From a virus: a stretch of DNA of 64,000 nt. Positions 19,701-28,571 of this stretch are shown one piece after another. The notes beneath the pieces are model-generated. The model saw nothing but the letters and a program-made list of their open reading frames with translations. It ran no database searches and was not told the origin of the DNA. The stretch's first letter is position 1. The number at the start of each line of letters is the position of its first letter. Position numbers and translations under genes: made by a program. Where the stretch lies: positions 32,001 through 96,000 of IMG/VR virus record IMGVR_UViG_3300029787_005452; one strand, written 5' to 3'.

Positions 19701-20445
19701 AAATTTTACTTTTTACTTCTTCCTTAGATAATTTAGGGATAGTTTGAATATTATCATGATGTTTATCGAAAAACATTTTATATTCAGCTGAAAGTTTTTT
19801 ATCTCTTGCCCCACCCTCATTAATTCTTGTTTCAGTTTCAGGGTGATTCATAATTAAATCATCTGAATTTTTTATATCTGGAAAATACCAAAATGCTGGT
19901 ATATGTTTAGTTTTTGATATTCTATATACATTTTCTACATCAAAAATATATCTAAATTTATTATCATAAAGACCGGTATCATTTAAACATTCTTTAGTTT
20001 TAAAAGTAAATTCATTACACATATTAGGATATAAACCGACTGATACATCTTTACTATATTGTAATTCAACTGCAGGTGTCCTATTACCAGGTTCACCCGA
20101 ACCCCAACTGGTACTTGCAAAACAAAAATAACCTATTTTACTCTTTTCAGCTGCTTCAATATATTTTTCAAATATATCTGGATCTTTAATAACCATATCA
20201 TCTTCTAAAGTAATATAATAATCACAATCTCTTTCTTGTAAAAATCTTAGATTATCATTTCTACAAACTGAGGGATAATAATTTTTTTTATGCTGTATCC
20301 AATGTGCATCTTTATAATTACCTTTGTAAGGTTTACCTCCGTTAACTACTACTAATTCATCAATTTTATCTAAAGGTAAAGAATCGTAAAGATCCTTAAA
20401 ATAATGCTCTGCATTATATGTTGTTATACCTATACCTATTTTCAT
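19675..20445 (-). CDS. Glycosyltransferase family 2-like
   Basis: IGITTYN, RN, TLEDD motifs; paralogue of the upstream gene. Confidence 0.75.
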   Translation of the reverse strand: MKIGIGITTYNAEHYFKDLYDSLPLDKIDELVVVNGGKPYKGNYKDAHWIQHKKNYYPSVCRNDNLRFLQERDCDYYITLEDDMVIKDPDIFEKYIEAAEKSKIGYFCFASTSWGSGEPGNRTPAVELQYSKDVSVGLYPNMCNEFTFKTKECLNDTGLYDNKFRYIFDVENVYRISKTKHIPAFWYFPDIKNSDDLIMNHPETETRINEGGARDKKLSAEYKMFFDKHHDNIQTIPKLSKEEVKSKIYENSNRNQ

Positions 20446-21209
20446 AATTCTTTAAAATATTTTATTACACTATTAATATCATCATATTGTTGGTTAGCGT
20501 TTGTTACATCTATATTAAATTTATTTTTAAACCTTTCAACCCCCTCTTTAAAATGTTTTAACCAATCACCTTTTCTTATTGTTGATTTTCCATGATTTTC
20601 ATCTTGATCATCCATGTATTGATTACTATTTTCAATATCAATAAACCATCTAAAGGGAGGGTGATATCCTTTATTAATTGCTTCCATAGTATGGTCTACA
20701 TGTTCCATAGCATTGTAATAAACTTCATCCATTAAACCTATATCTTTCAATACTGAACTGTGATAATACGAGCATGCTCCATAAACATTAAAATATAAAG
20801 CAACTTTTACACCTCTTATATCAAATATTTTTCTCGGATTAGGTTTGGCCCCATTTATTTTATTATCATGCCCGTGTAAACAATAATTAAAATGTTTAAC
20901 TTTTGTTTTTTTAGATGCTTCTATATATTTTTCAAATACATTTTCTTTAAAAACAACATCATCTTCAACTATAAATATATGTTCACATTCATTATCTAGC
21001 AAATGCTGTAATGCTTTATTTTTTGTTTTACCTACACCTAGATTTTTTTCATTATTAATTATATTTTTATTTGAATCTTGTAAAGGTATTTCACCGTCAT
21101 TAATTATAACTAATTCATCATACCAATCTTTTTTTATACTTTTAATACAATTTTTTAAAAAATTATTACGATTACACGTTATAACTCCAATTCCAATCTT
21201 TGATATCAT
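20442..21209 (-). CDS. Glycosyltransferase family 2-like
   Basis: IGVITCNR, LVIIND, KNLGVGKTKN, IVEDD, GLMDE. Confidence 0.8.
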   Translation of the reverse strand: MISKIGIGVITCNRNNFLKNCIKSIKKDWYDELVIINDGEIPLQDSNKNIINNEKNLGVGKTKNKALQHLLDNECEHIFIVEDDVVFKENVFEKYIEASKKTKVKHFNYCLHGHDNKINGAKPNPRKIFDIRGVKVALYFNVYGACSYYHSSVLKDIGLMDEVYYNAMEHVDHTMEAINKGYHPPFRWFIDIENSNQYMDDQDENHGKSTIRKGDWLKHFKEGVERFKNKFNIDVTNANQQYDDINSVIKYFKEL

Positions 21210-21219
21210 GATAAATATA

Positions 21220-21227
21220 TATAAATA
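21220..21227 (+). promoter_or_regulatory. T4-type late promoter TATAAATA
   Basis: Exact box 5 nt before the ATG at 21233. Confidence 0.65.
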
Positions 21228-21232
21228 AAGTT

Positions 21233-21547
21233 ATGGCAGATCAAGTAAGCATTAAACAATTACCACAAGTAACCGAAATTAATACAGGAGATTTACTTCT
21301 AGTACAAACACCTAACGCGACAAATACATTATTATTTGAAAATTTCATTATAGGTTTAAACAATACTACGTTTTCATCAACTGTATCTGGTCAAAGAAGT
21401 GATATCGATTCTCTTTCATCATCTATTTTTAGCAACGATATAAAAGCAGTTCCTTTAACAAAAGATGATGCTTTAAATTTAAGTGGTATTCCAATAGTTA
21501 TAGGTGGTAAAACGTTCAATATTCTATTATCTGGAGTACATGTATAA
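21233..21547 (+). CDS. Small virion/fibre-like protein
   Basis: SIKQLP.....GDLLLV N-terminal motif common in tail-fibre modules; late promoter upstream. Confidence 0.45.
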   Translation: MADQVSIKQLPQVTEINTGDLLLVQTPNATNTLLFENFIIGLNNTTFSSTVSGQRSDIDSLSSSIFSNDIKAVPLTKDDALNLSGIPIVIGGKTFNILLSGVHV

Positions 21548-21552
21548 AAAAA

Positions 21553-22317
21553 TTATTTTTTAGATTTTTCATGTAGCTCTTTAAAAGTTTCCATTTGATC
21601 TTTTAATTCCTTTTCTTCTTTTTTAGCCATACCTTGAGATTCTAAAAGTTGCTCCATTAGATCTAAATTTTCTGGACTAAACACATCTGAACTACTACCA
21701 TCTCCACCTACTAGATCCCCTTCTACATCCACATATAATTTAATCATTTGCATCCGTTCTTGTGGGTTACCAAATACTTCAATTAACGCTGGGGCTGTAT
21801 CTCTTGGAAAAAATGGATTTTCTTGTGGATTCTCATGATAATGTCTCTGTAAAACTTTAAAAAAGTTATCTATTTCTTTAATATAGTTTTCATCAGTTTC
21901 TCTTACACCATCACTTTCGACTTGTATTTTATTAAATTTAGTAATTGGTATAAAGAAAATTATATCAATATTTTCTAAAGCTTCTCTAACAATTGGTATA
22001 CATTCATCGACGAAAGCCTCATCGATATCACTGTCTTCTTGACTCATAGCCCACATTGAGTATACTAAGTTATCTAACGGGCATCTGTCAAAAATAACTT
22101 TATCATCCCTATCGAATTCCTTTAAGGATTCTGCCATATAGTCCAAGATAGCTTTCTGGGTTTCTTTTGTAGTATGCTTACTATGAGGTAGTTGTTTTTC
22201 TTTTAATATATCTCTATAAGAATTAACCTCGTATCCATACATTGGCCATTCTTGTAAAAAATCTTTAATTAAGGTACTTTTACCTAAGTTTGCGGATCCG
22301 CTAATTGCAATTCTCAT
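21553..22317 (-). CDS. P-loop NTPase (AAA_28/NadR-like, possible nucleotide kinase)
   Basis: ISGSANLGKST Walker A and IFDRCPLD. Confidence 0.7.
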   Translation of the reverse strand: MRIAISGSANLGKSTLIKDFLQEWPMYGYEVNSYRDILKEKQLPHSKHTTKETQKAILDYMAESLKEFDRDDKVIFDRCPLDNLVYSMWAMSQEDSDIDEAFVDECIPIVREALENIDIIFFIPITKFNKIQVESDGVRETDENYIKEIDNFFKVLQRHYHENPQENPFFPRDTAPALIEVFGNPQERMQMIKLYVDVEGDLVGGDGSSSDVFSPENLDLMEQLLESQGMAKKEEKELKDQMETFKELHEKSKK

Positions 22318-22323
22318 ACTATT

Positions 22324-22367
22324 ATTTTATAATAAAAATTTGATATATCAAGTCTATATACTATAAT
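22324..22367. promoter_or_regulatory. Divergent sigma70 promoter pair sharing a 12-bp palindrome TTGATATATCAA (22340-22351)
   Basis: Plus: TTGATA-N16-TATAAT-N6-ATG (22374). Minus: TTGATA-N16-TAAAAT-N6-ATG (22317). Confidence 0.6.
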
Positions 22368-22373
22368 TAATAT

Positions 22374-23081
22374 ATGATAACGTTTGACGAAAAGTCTCAT
22401 ACTTACAAGTGTAGTAAGACTGGTAGAGAGTTAATATCAGCAACTACTTTAATAGGTAAGTATAAAAAGCCATTCGATAAAATGGAAAATGCAACTCGTG
22501 TAGCCAATAGAGAAGGTTTAGATGTTGAGTTTGTATTAGATATGTGGGAGAAAGAAAAGAATCGAGCTTGTGATTATGGCACTAATATTCATAAGGTTAT
22601 GGAGGACTATTTAACTGAAGGGGTAGTAGAAGAAGAGCATGAATCTTTATACATTTCTTTTAATAAATGGAATCATATCTTTAAAAAGTTTCCTACTTTA
22701 TTATGTGAAGAAAAATTACATGATTTAGATAATTTTATTGCTGGTACTGCAGATTTAATTTACGAAAATAAAACTCATTTTATGGTTGGTGATTTTAAGA
22801 CTAATAAAGCATTTAATTTCTTCTCTCCTTATAATGAGTTTATGCTAAAACCAATGGACCATTTAAGTGTATGTGAATTCAATACATACGGGTTGCAGTT
22901 ATCTTTATATGCATATTTACATGAAAAGAGTTCAGGTAAAAAATGCACTGGATGTGTTATATTCTATAAGGATAAAGAAAATAGATTTTACCCTATTAGG
23001 GTCAACTATATGAAGAAAGAAATTATTTCTCTAATAGAAGATTACAATAATCCCAATTCACTATCTTCAAAAATTGATTAA
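22374..23081 (+). CDS. PD-(D/E)XK exonuclease (Cas4/RecB-like)
   Basis: ISATTLI, YGTNIH, AGTADL, GDFKT, YGLQLSLYAY. Confidence 0.85.
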   Translation: MITFDEKSHTYKCSKTGRELISATTLIGKYKKPFDKMENATRVANREGLDVEFVLDMWEKEKNRACDYGTNIHKVMEDYLTEGVVEEEHESLYISFNKWNHIFKKFPTLLCEEKLHDLDNFIAGTADLIYENKTHFMVGDFKTNKAFNFFSPYNEFMLKPMDHLSVCEFNTYGLQLSLYAYLHEKSSGKKCTGCVIFYKDKENRFYPIRVNYMKKEIISLIEDYNNPNSLSSKID

Positions 23082-23643
23082 TATATTTTTCTCTATCTGG
23101 TCCATATTTCTTGTAATATGCGTGTTCCCAAACGTCAATACCTAATATAGGGGTTCCCATATTATACATTAATGGGTTATCTTGGTTGTCGGTGGGAACT
23201 ATTTTTAATTTATTTCCTCTTTTTACTAACCAAACCCAACCGGAACCAAAATGCGTTTTTGCTTGTTCCTTAAATTGTTCCTTAAATTTATCAACAGTCC
23301 CGTATTGTTTTTCCAGTAACTCTTTGATATTTCCCTTTATTGTGGGTCTATCAGGGGACATCATGTTCCAGAATAGTTGATGATTGTAAGCCCCACCTGC
23401 ATTGTTCCTTATAGCTGGTTTTTTCTTAGCTGATTTTGTAACTAATTGTTCCAGTTCCATTTTTTTAGTTCCTATAGCTTCATTTAATTTTTTTATGTAC
23501 CCTTTATAGTGTTTATTGAAGTGTAATTTCATTGTTTCTTGATCAATAAATGGTTCTAAACTATTAAAATCATAAGGTAGTTTTATGGGTTTGTACCCAT
23601 TTAATTCTTCTAAAAGTAAATCTGTTAAATTATCGTAATTCAT
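23023..23643 (-). CDS. sodA: Fe/Mn superoxide dismutase (Mn-type signature)
   Basis: LPY..LEP, HFNKH..Y, NNAGGAYNH, FGSGWVWL, NQDNP, DVWEHAYY. The GG and Q residues favour the Mn-type enzyme. Confidence 0.93.
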   Translation of the reverse strand: MNYDNLTDLLLEELNGYKPIKLPYDFNSLEPFIDQETMKLHFNKHYKGYIKKLNEAIGTKKMELEQLVTKSAKKKPAIRNNAGGAYNHQLFWNMMSPDRPTIKGNIKELLEKQYGTVDKFKEQFKEQAKTHFGSGWVWLVKRGNKLKIVPTDNQDNPLMYNMGTPILGIDVWEHAYYKKYGPDREKYINQFLKIVNWDYCNLLLEK

Positions 23644-23837
23644 TTCTTACCTCCCTTCATATTTGCACACCAATGATACATTTTTCCTTTTTCTCCTCCG
23701 TATTTTTTTGCTTTTCTCCTCAATTCAGTAACAGACCCCTTACAACTTGCACCAGACTTCTTAACTCTGCCCGGTCTACTCTTTCCTTTGACCTTTTTAT
23801 CGGCATAATTTTCAAAATATGTACTGAAATTAATCAT
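23640..23837 (-). CDS. Small basic hypothetical protein with CTS-like leader
   Basis: 65 aa, Lys-rich, N-terminus MINFSTYFEN, ends HWCANMKGGKK. Confidence 0.7.
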   Translation of the reverse strand: MINFSTYFENYADKKVKGKSRPGRVKKSGASCKGSVTELRRKAKKYGGEKGKMYHWCANMKGGKK

Positions 23838-24192
23838 TTTCTCTCATTCTCTGTGTCTTTTTCTTGCTAGCTTCTTTCTTTTTACTAATATATTTAAAAG
23901 CTGACCGTAAACTTTTTTTCTTTTTAGGGTCTTTTGTTCTACCTACTGCAGCTCTAACGCGCTGATGTATTAAATTTATAATTTGCGACTGTCTTTTATG
24001 TGATTTTGATTTAAAAGATGGTTTATTCAATGTATCTCTTACATCAGCTGCTGAGCTAAACTTTACACCTACAGTATCTTTAGGATTTTCATCGGTATAT
24101 AATCTTCTACCTGAACCTTTAGGCTTTTTACCAGTACCTTTTTTAGGGTCAGCTTCTAATAATATTTTTTCTACTAAAGTAGTAAACTTCAC
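23830..24192 (-). CDS. Basic conserved marine-phage hypothetical protein
   Basis: GTGKKPKGSGRRLYTDENPKDTV motif; GTG start with TAAATA 5 nt upstream; leader MKFTTLVEKILLE. Confidence 0.75.
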   Translation of the reverse strand: MKFTTLVEKILLEADPKKGTGKKPKGSGRRLYTDENPKDTVGVKFSSAADVRDTLNKPSFKSKSHKRQSQIINLIHQRVRAAVGRTKDPKKKKSLRSAFKYISKKKEASKKKTQRMREND

Positions 24193-24228
24193 CTAAATAT
24201 TTATTAGAGAAAGATAGATTAAAATGTT

Positions 24229-24711
24229 ATGTTTGGACTTATTACAATGTTACTTACAACGCTCGGCGCAACGGGTATGGGATCAATGCTTAAAATTGTC
24301 GGAGGCCTCTTTGCAGGTATATCAGATGCTAAAGAAGCAAAACATAAAAGAGAGCTTATTAGGGATATGCAAATGCAAAAAGCCGATCTTGAGTTTCAAA
24401 AAGCCGTCTTCGGTGATATGGATAAAGACACATCTGTTTTTACCAGGGGTACTCGTAGGCTCATTGCTCTTATCGGGATGTGTAACTTTTTCGTCATCTC
24501 AGTCCTCTGCACCCTCTGGCCAGGGGTCGAACTTATTACCTTCACCCCTCCAGAAAACAAAGAGTCGATCAAGCTCATCTGGGGATTGGTTACTTTCCCC
24601 TCAGGAGCAGACATTACCACCTCAATTACGACAGGGCACATTGCTTTGGTCTCAATCGCCACTCTGGGAGCGATAATAGGTTTTTACTTTACACCGGGTG
24701 GTAAAAGATGA
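24229..24711 (+). CDS. Three-TM membrane protein, possible holin
   Basis: Three hydrophobic segments, basic C-terminus (PGGKR); GC content visibly above the genome average. Confidence 0.55.
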   Translation: MFGLITMLLTTLGATGMGSMLKIVGGLFAGISDAKEAKHKRELIRDMQMQKADLEFQKAVFGDMDKDTSVFTRGTRRLIALIGMCNFFVISVLCTLWPGVELITFTPPENKESIKLIWGLVTFPSGADITTSITTGHIALVSIATLGAIIGFYFTPGGKR

Positions 24712-24800
24712 TTGCAGAAATAATATCTTGTATAGTAGTGGGAATTATTGTATTTTGGATGTCTACTGATCTATATAAAGCATTAAAAAATAAAAAATAA
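24708..24800 (+). CDS. 30-aa single-TM peptide
   Basis: Not in ORF track; MIAEIISCIVVGIIVFWMSTDLYKALKNKK; ATGA overlap with the upstream gene. Confidence 0.5.
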   Translation: MIAEIISCIVVGIIVFWMSTDLYKALKNKK

Positions 24801-24803
24801 CTT

Positions 24804-26852
24804 TTATTTAGATTTAGCTCTATATACTTGATCCCAATCTTTACCTGGGTCATTTACCTTAAGATCAGCAACTCTTTCTTTCATCATATTATAATAATAT
24901 TCCAATATAGGGTTTATTTTAATGCATTTATTAAGTAATTTATTAGCCTCTAACCATTTTCTTTCTTTATATAGTTTTAAGAATAAATCATGTTGTAAAT
25001 AATCAAATTTTCCATCAATCACTGTATATACTTTTATACCTTCTTTCTTACCCTTAACAGCAATTTTATCTAATTCTATAAATTTAAATTTATTACCTAT
25101 TAGTTTAGTAGTTTCTTGACCTAATAGAATACCTACTCCATATGATTTTGTCTGACCTTCAAGTCTTGCAGCTAAATTAACACCATCCCCTAAACATGTA
25201 TAATCAAATCTTTGTTCTGAACCCATATTACCAACTACAACTCTACCAGTATTAATGCCTATACCAATTGCTAATGGTTTCTTACCTTCTTCAATTAACT
25301 GTATATTAAGATTAGAAAGTTCTAATTGCATTTTTATTGCAACTTCTATAGCTTTAATGCGATGAGATAATTGATCTTCAGGTAAAGGTGCATTCCAAAA
25401 TGCCATTAACGCATCGCCGATATATTTGTCTATTGTACCACCGGATTCCATAACTATTTGAGTCATGGGTGTGAGATATCGATTAATAAGATAAGTTAAC
25501 CCTTGAGGGTTATCTTTAAACTGCTCACTAATAGTGGTAAAACCTCTGATATCGGAAAATAATATAGTTAAGTCTTGTGTATCACCTCCAAGTTTTAACA
25601 TATTAGGATTTTTTTGTAATTTCTTAACTATTTCAGGGGCTAGGTAATGCTCAAACTGTTTTTTAATTAACATCTTACCCTTATATTCATGTATAAATCT
25701 AAAGAATATAGCTAATGTAAATACTAAAAAAGTACTATAAATTGGGTATGTAAAATCGTATAATAAATTATGAAAACTAAATAACCAAAAGCCATATATA
25801 GGTAAAGCAACTATAACTACACCTATTAGTAAACTGTTAATAACCCATAGAAACCTAAGCGCACATAGCGTCAACAGTAAGCTCAGTGCTATAGTAAATA
25901 GTATTTCATATAAGGTTGCTTCAACTGGTCTTACTAATATATTTTCATTAGCTAATGTTTCGACGACTTGTAAATTTAATTCATGACCACTACTAACCTT
26001 TATAGGGGTTGCTACTGAATTAGATAACCCTTCCGCTGTTAAAGCTATTACTGCTATAGTATCCTTTACAGAAGACCAATCTTCACTAGTTAGTGAAATT
26101 TTATTAAACTCAGTATCATAATTAATCCATACTCTTGCGTTTTCATCTGTTTCAAAAGTCCCAACATTTCTTAATCTAATAGCACTTACACCAGCATGGT
26201 CTACTTTAACCTGATACGATCTATCATCTACTAAAGTTCTTAAAATTTCTAAAGGTAAAGTTGGGTATACTTCATCTTTAACTTGTATCATTAAAGGCAC
26301 CCGTCTAACCACCCCATCAAGCTCGGGTGCAGTAACAGTCATACCCACTCCTTTAGAAAACATACCTACACTTTCAATAGGACCTATACCATTAGGGTAA
26401 TCAAATAACCAATCATTTAACTTTACCGAACCTATTGTTGTAATATTCTGTTTTACTAATACACCTTTACCTTGTAATGCAGCAGACTGAGTAGTAACGA
26501 CTGGGTAATGATATAAAATATCAGTAAAAGTTTTATCTCCTCCTAATCTATCTTCTTCAGCAAATAAGATAGGTAAAACTACTAATCCTGCCCCATGGTA
26601 ATAAGCTTTTTCTATATAATGAGCTAAGACATCTCTCTTCCATGGCCATTGACCATATTTTTCTAAACTTGATTCATCTATTTCTATAATAGTAAATAAA
26701 TCAGATTTTTTTACTTTTTGTGTTTTTTGATAATAGTCTAAACCTTTTAATCTTAAGATTTCTACAGGATAGGGGTCATATATTCTAAGTACTGAAAATA
26801 AAACTGCAGCTATAGTACAATATATGAATGGTTTGAATTTATTAAGTTTCAT
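24804..26852 (-). CDS. CHASE2-domain membrane-bound class III adenylate cyclase
   Basis: N-terminal TM and CHASE2 (IDESSL..YGQWPWKR, DG.VRRVP), three TMs, then cyclase motifs LFSDIRGFT, DKYIGDA, GIGINTG, FDYTCLGDGVNLAARLE (K and D are ATP-specific residues). Confidence 0.93.
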   Translation of the reverse strand: MKLNKFKPFIYCTIAAVLFSVLRIYDPYPVEILRLKGLDYYQKTQKVKKSDLFTIIEIDESSLEKYGQWPWKRDVLAHYIEKAYYHGAGLVVLPILFAEEDRLGGDKTFTDILYHYPVVTTQSAALQGKGVLVKQNITTIGSVKLNDWLFDYPNGIGPIESVGMFSKGVGMTVTAPELDGVVRRVPLMIQVKDEVYPTLPLEILRTLVDDRSYQVKVDHAGVSAIRLRNVGTFETDENARVWINYDTEFNKISLTSEDWSSVKDTIAVIALTAEGLSNSVATPIKVSSGHELNLQVVETLANENILVRPVEATLYEILFTIALSLLLTLCALRFLWVINSLLIGVVIVALPIYGFWLFSFHNLLYDFTYPIYSTFLVFTLAIFFRFIHEYKGKMLIKKQFEHYLAPEIVKKLQKNPNMLKLGGDTQDLTILFSDIRGFTTISEQFKDNPQGLTYLINRYLTPMTQIVMESGGTIDKYIGDALMAFWNAPLPEDQLSHRIKAIEVAIKMQLELSNLNIQLIEEGKKPLAIGIGINTGRVVVGNMGSEQRFDYTCLGDGVNLAARLEGQTKSYGVGILLGQETTKLIGNKFKFIELDKIAVKGKKEGIKVYTVIDGKFDYLQHDLFLKLYKERKWLEANKLLNKCIKINPILEYYYNMMKERVADLKVNDPGKDWDQVYRAKSK

Positions 26853-27814
26853 TGTTGAATAATATTTATAGACACGCTACCACCTGCATTTAGAACGCCT
26901 TCAGTTATGGTACCTTTATTATCATATTTTAATGATACGTCAGAAACTGAAGGTACAATTAATTTAATTTTATTTTCATTATCAGATGTAAATGTAGCTT
27001 TATCATCTTCTATCTCAAAAATTGAGTTTTGATCATCATCTTCAAATTCTATAAATGATGCTTCTTCTAAAAAATCATCATTATTATCTTTTTCTACTGT
27101 TTCATCTTCAACGTTTTCGTTTATTTCATTTTTGATTTCAATAGTTTGATTTTTTCTATTATTATCAATTATAGGTTTGGATGGGGAAGAAAAAGTAGAG
27201 GCAACTGAAGTTACTTCAAATGCTTTAGTTAGAACTACTGAACCTATATTATTAAAAACTTCTATAGAACCAACGTAAGTATTACCATTACTATCTTCTG
27301 ACGGTAATAAAGTAAACGTACTTTCACCGGATTCTTTAACTATAACTTCAAAATCAGTACCTCTAACTGATACAGAAGCTGTAGGAGTAGTTATCTTTAT
27401 ATTTTCTTTACTATTTTTAGCAATTAAACCTGATGTATATCTTAGTTTACCGAAAGATGCTTTTAAACTTACTTTACCCTTTTTTGTATTATTGTCATAC
27501 ACGAATTCATCTATTATTAACGTTGAATATTTTGCAATAGTAACTTTGGTATCATCTACAAATATTATTTTTATATTACCGTCTAAGGTTTCTATTTCAT
27601 CATACATTTCAACTGGCGTACCTAAACCAGTTAAGTATTTTTCTGTACCTCTAGTAATTTGCCCGGGTTGAGACTGAAAAGAAACCTCCCCAACTTTAGA
27701 AAAAGCAGAGGAGGTTATAAAAACAAATACTAAAAAAAGATTAAGGACCGACTTCAATAAATGTACCTTGTGCGAAATCAGGTGTTGGTACCGGTTGTGT
27801 ATAACTTCCATCAA
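26849..27814 (-). CDS. FecR-domain exported protein
   Basis: IIFVDDTKVTI..STLII...GKLRY...TPTASVSVRGTDF FecR motif. Probable TTG start at 27757 gives signal peptide LKSVLNLFLVFVFITSSAFS. Confidence 0.85.
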   Translation of the reverse strand: MMEVIHNRYQHLISHKVHLLKSVLNLFLVFVFITSSAFSKVGEVSFQSQPGQITRGTEKYLTGLGTPVEMYDEIETLDGNIKIIFVDDTKVTIAKYSTLIIDEFVYDNNTKKGKVSLKASFGKLRYTSGLIAKNSKENIKITTPTASVSVRGTDFEVIVKESGESTFTLLPSEDSNGNTYVGSIEVFNNIGSVVLTKAFEVTSVASTFSSPSKPIIDNNRKNQTIEIKNEINENVEDETVEKDNNDDFLEEASFIEFEDDDQNSIFEIEDDKATFTSDNENKIKLIVPSVSDVSLKYDNKGTITEGVLNAGGSVSINIIQQ

Positions 27815-28571
27815 AATTACTTATAGTACCAAGACCTTCCAATCCAGCAGTATAATTACCATCAGACTGTATAATTGTAAAAGTTGTATCATTACCATAA
27901 TGGGTAAGCTCTAATGTTTGGTATTCAGATCCTGATTGTACCAAGTTAAGAATATTACTATCACCTTGAAGTTGTACGATTTGGCTATGACCTAAACCAA
28001 GATTACCTCCTTCTTGAATAGATGTAATTGTATTACCATTACCAATTAGGGAAATATCTGATACTGCTGCAATATTATCATTAAGATAAAAATCTAATAT
28101 ATTACTGTTACCAATAATATAATTTTTAAGATATTGCTGAGAAATATTTGAAGCTTCAGCTGTTGTATCATCTTTCTTAATTGAAATATCGTTACCATCA
28201 CCTAATAAGGTATTAGTAAATGTATTTTGATCACCTGATACTAAAATATCTTGCTTATTACCATTACCTTCAATATATAAATCGAAATCTGTTTGATCTC
28301 CAGACCATTCAATATCTAATTCATTAGCGTTACCGATTTGAGAAATATCAAAATCACTACTATCTCCTGCAATAGTAGAAATGTCAGTTGAAGCTCCTAT
28401 TCTATTTCCTGAACCTACTTGAGTAATATCGAAGGTACCTGTTGAACCTTCTTGTTCTAAGTAAATTTCGTTATTTGCAAATGCAATAGAAGTTGTTAAT
28501 AATAATGCTAGTAATGTTGTTTTCATAATTATATTTATAAAAATATAACTATAATTTTTACTATTCAACAA
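27741..28571 (-). CDS. Curlin-repeat secreted protein (CsgA/CsgB-like)
   Basis: Probable start MKTTLLALLLTTSIAFA at 28526 (signal peptide); about 11 half-repeats of the type xQxGxxN / xxGxxN (TQVGSGN, SQIGNAN, IEGNGN, LLGDGN, IIGNSN, LIGNGN, LQGDSN). Confidence 0.78.
   Translation of the reverse strand: MLNSKNYSYIFINIIMKTTLLALLLTTSIAFANNEIYLEQEGSTGTFDITQVGSGNRIGASTDISTIAGDSSDFDISQIGNANELDIEWSGDQTDFDLYIEGNGNKQDILVSGDQNTFTNTLLGDGNDISIKKDDTTAEASNISQQYLKNYIIGNSNILDFYLNDNIAAVSDISLIGNGNTITSIQEGGNLGLGHSQIVQLQGDSNILNLVQSGSEYQTLELTHYGNDTTFTIIQSDGNYTAGLEGLGTISNFDGSYTQPVPTPDFAQGTFIEVGP
28532..28539 (-). promoter_or_regulatory. T4-type late promoter TATAAATA for the curlin gene
   Basis: Exact box 5 nt before the ATG at 28526. 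Confidence 0.65.

Noticed and set aside
22374-23081. Cas4-like nuclease suggesting a CRISPR locus
   Set aside because: No repeat-spacer array or other cas genes were seen. Stand-alone PD-(D/E)XK exonucleases are common in phages.
24224-24412. N-terminal part of the 150-aa +1-frame ORF
   Set aside because: It has no plausible features before the GTG at 24413. Only the downstream lipoprotein-like part is kept as a candidate.
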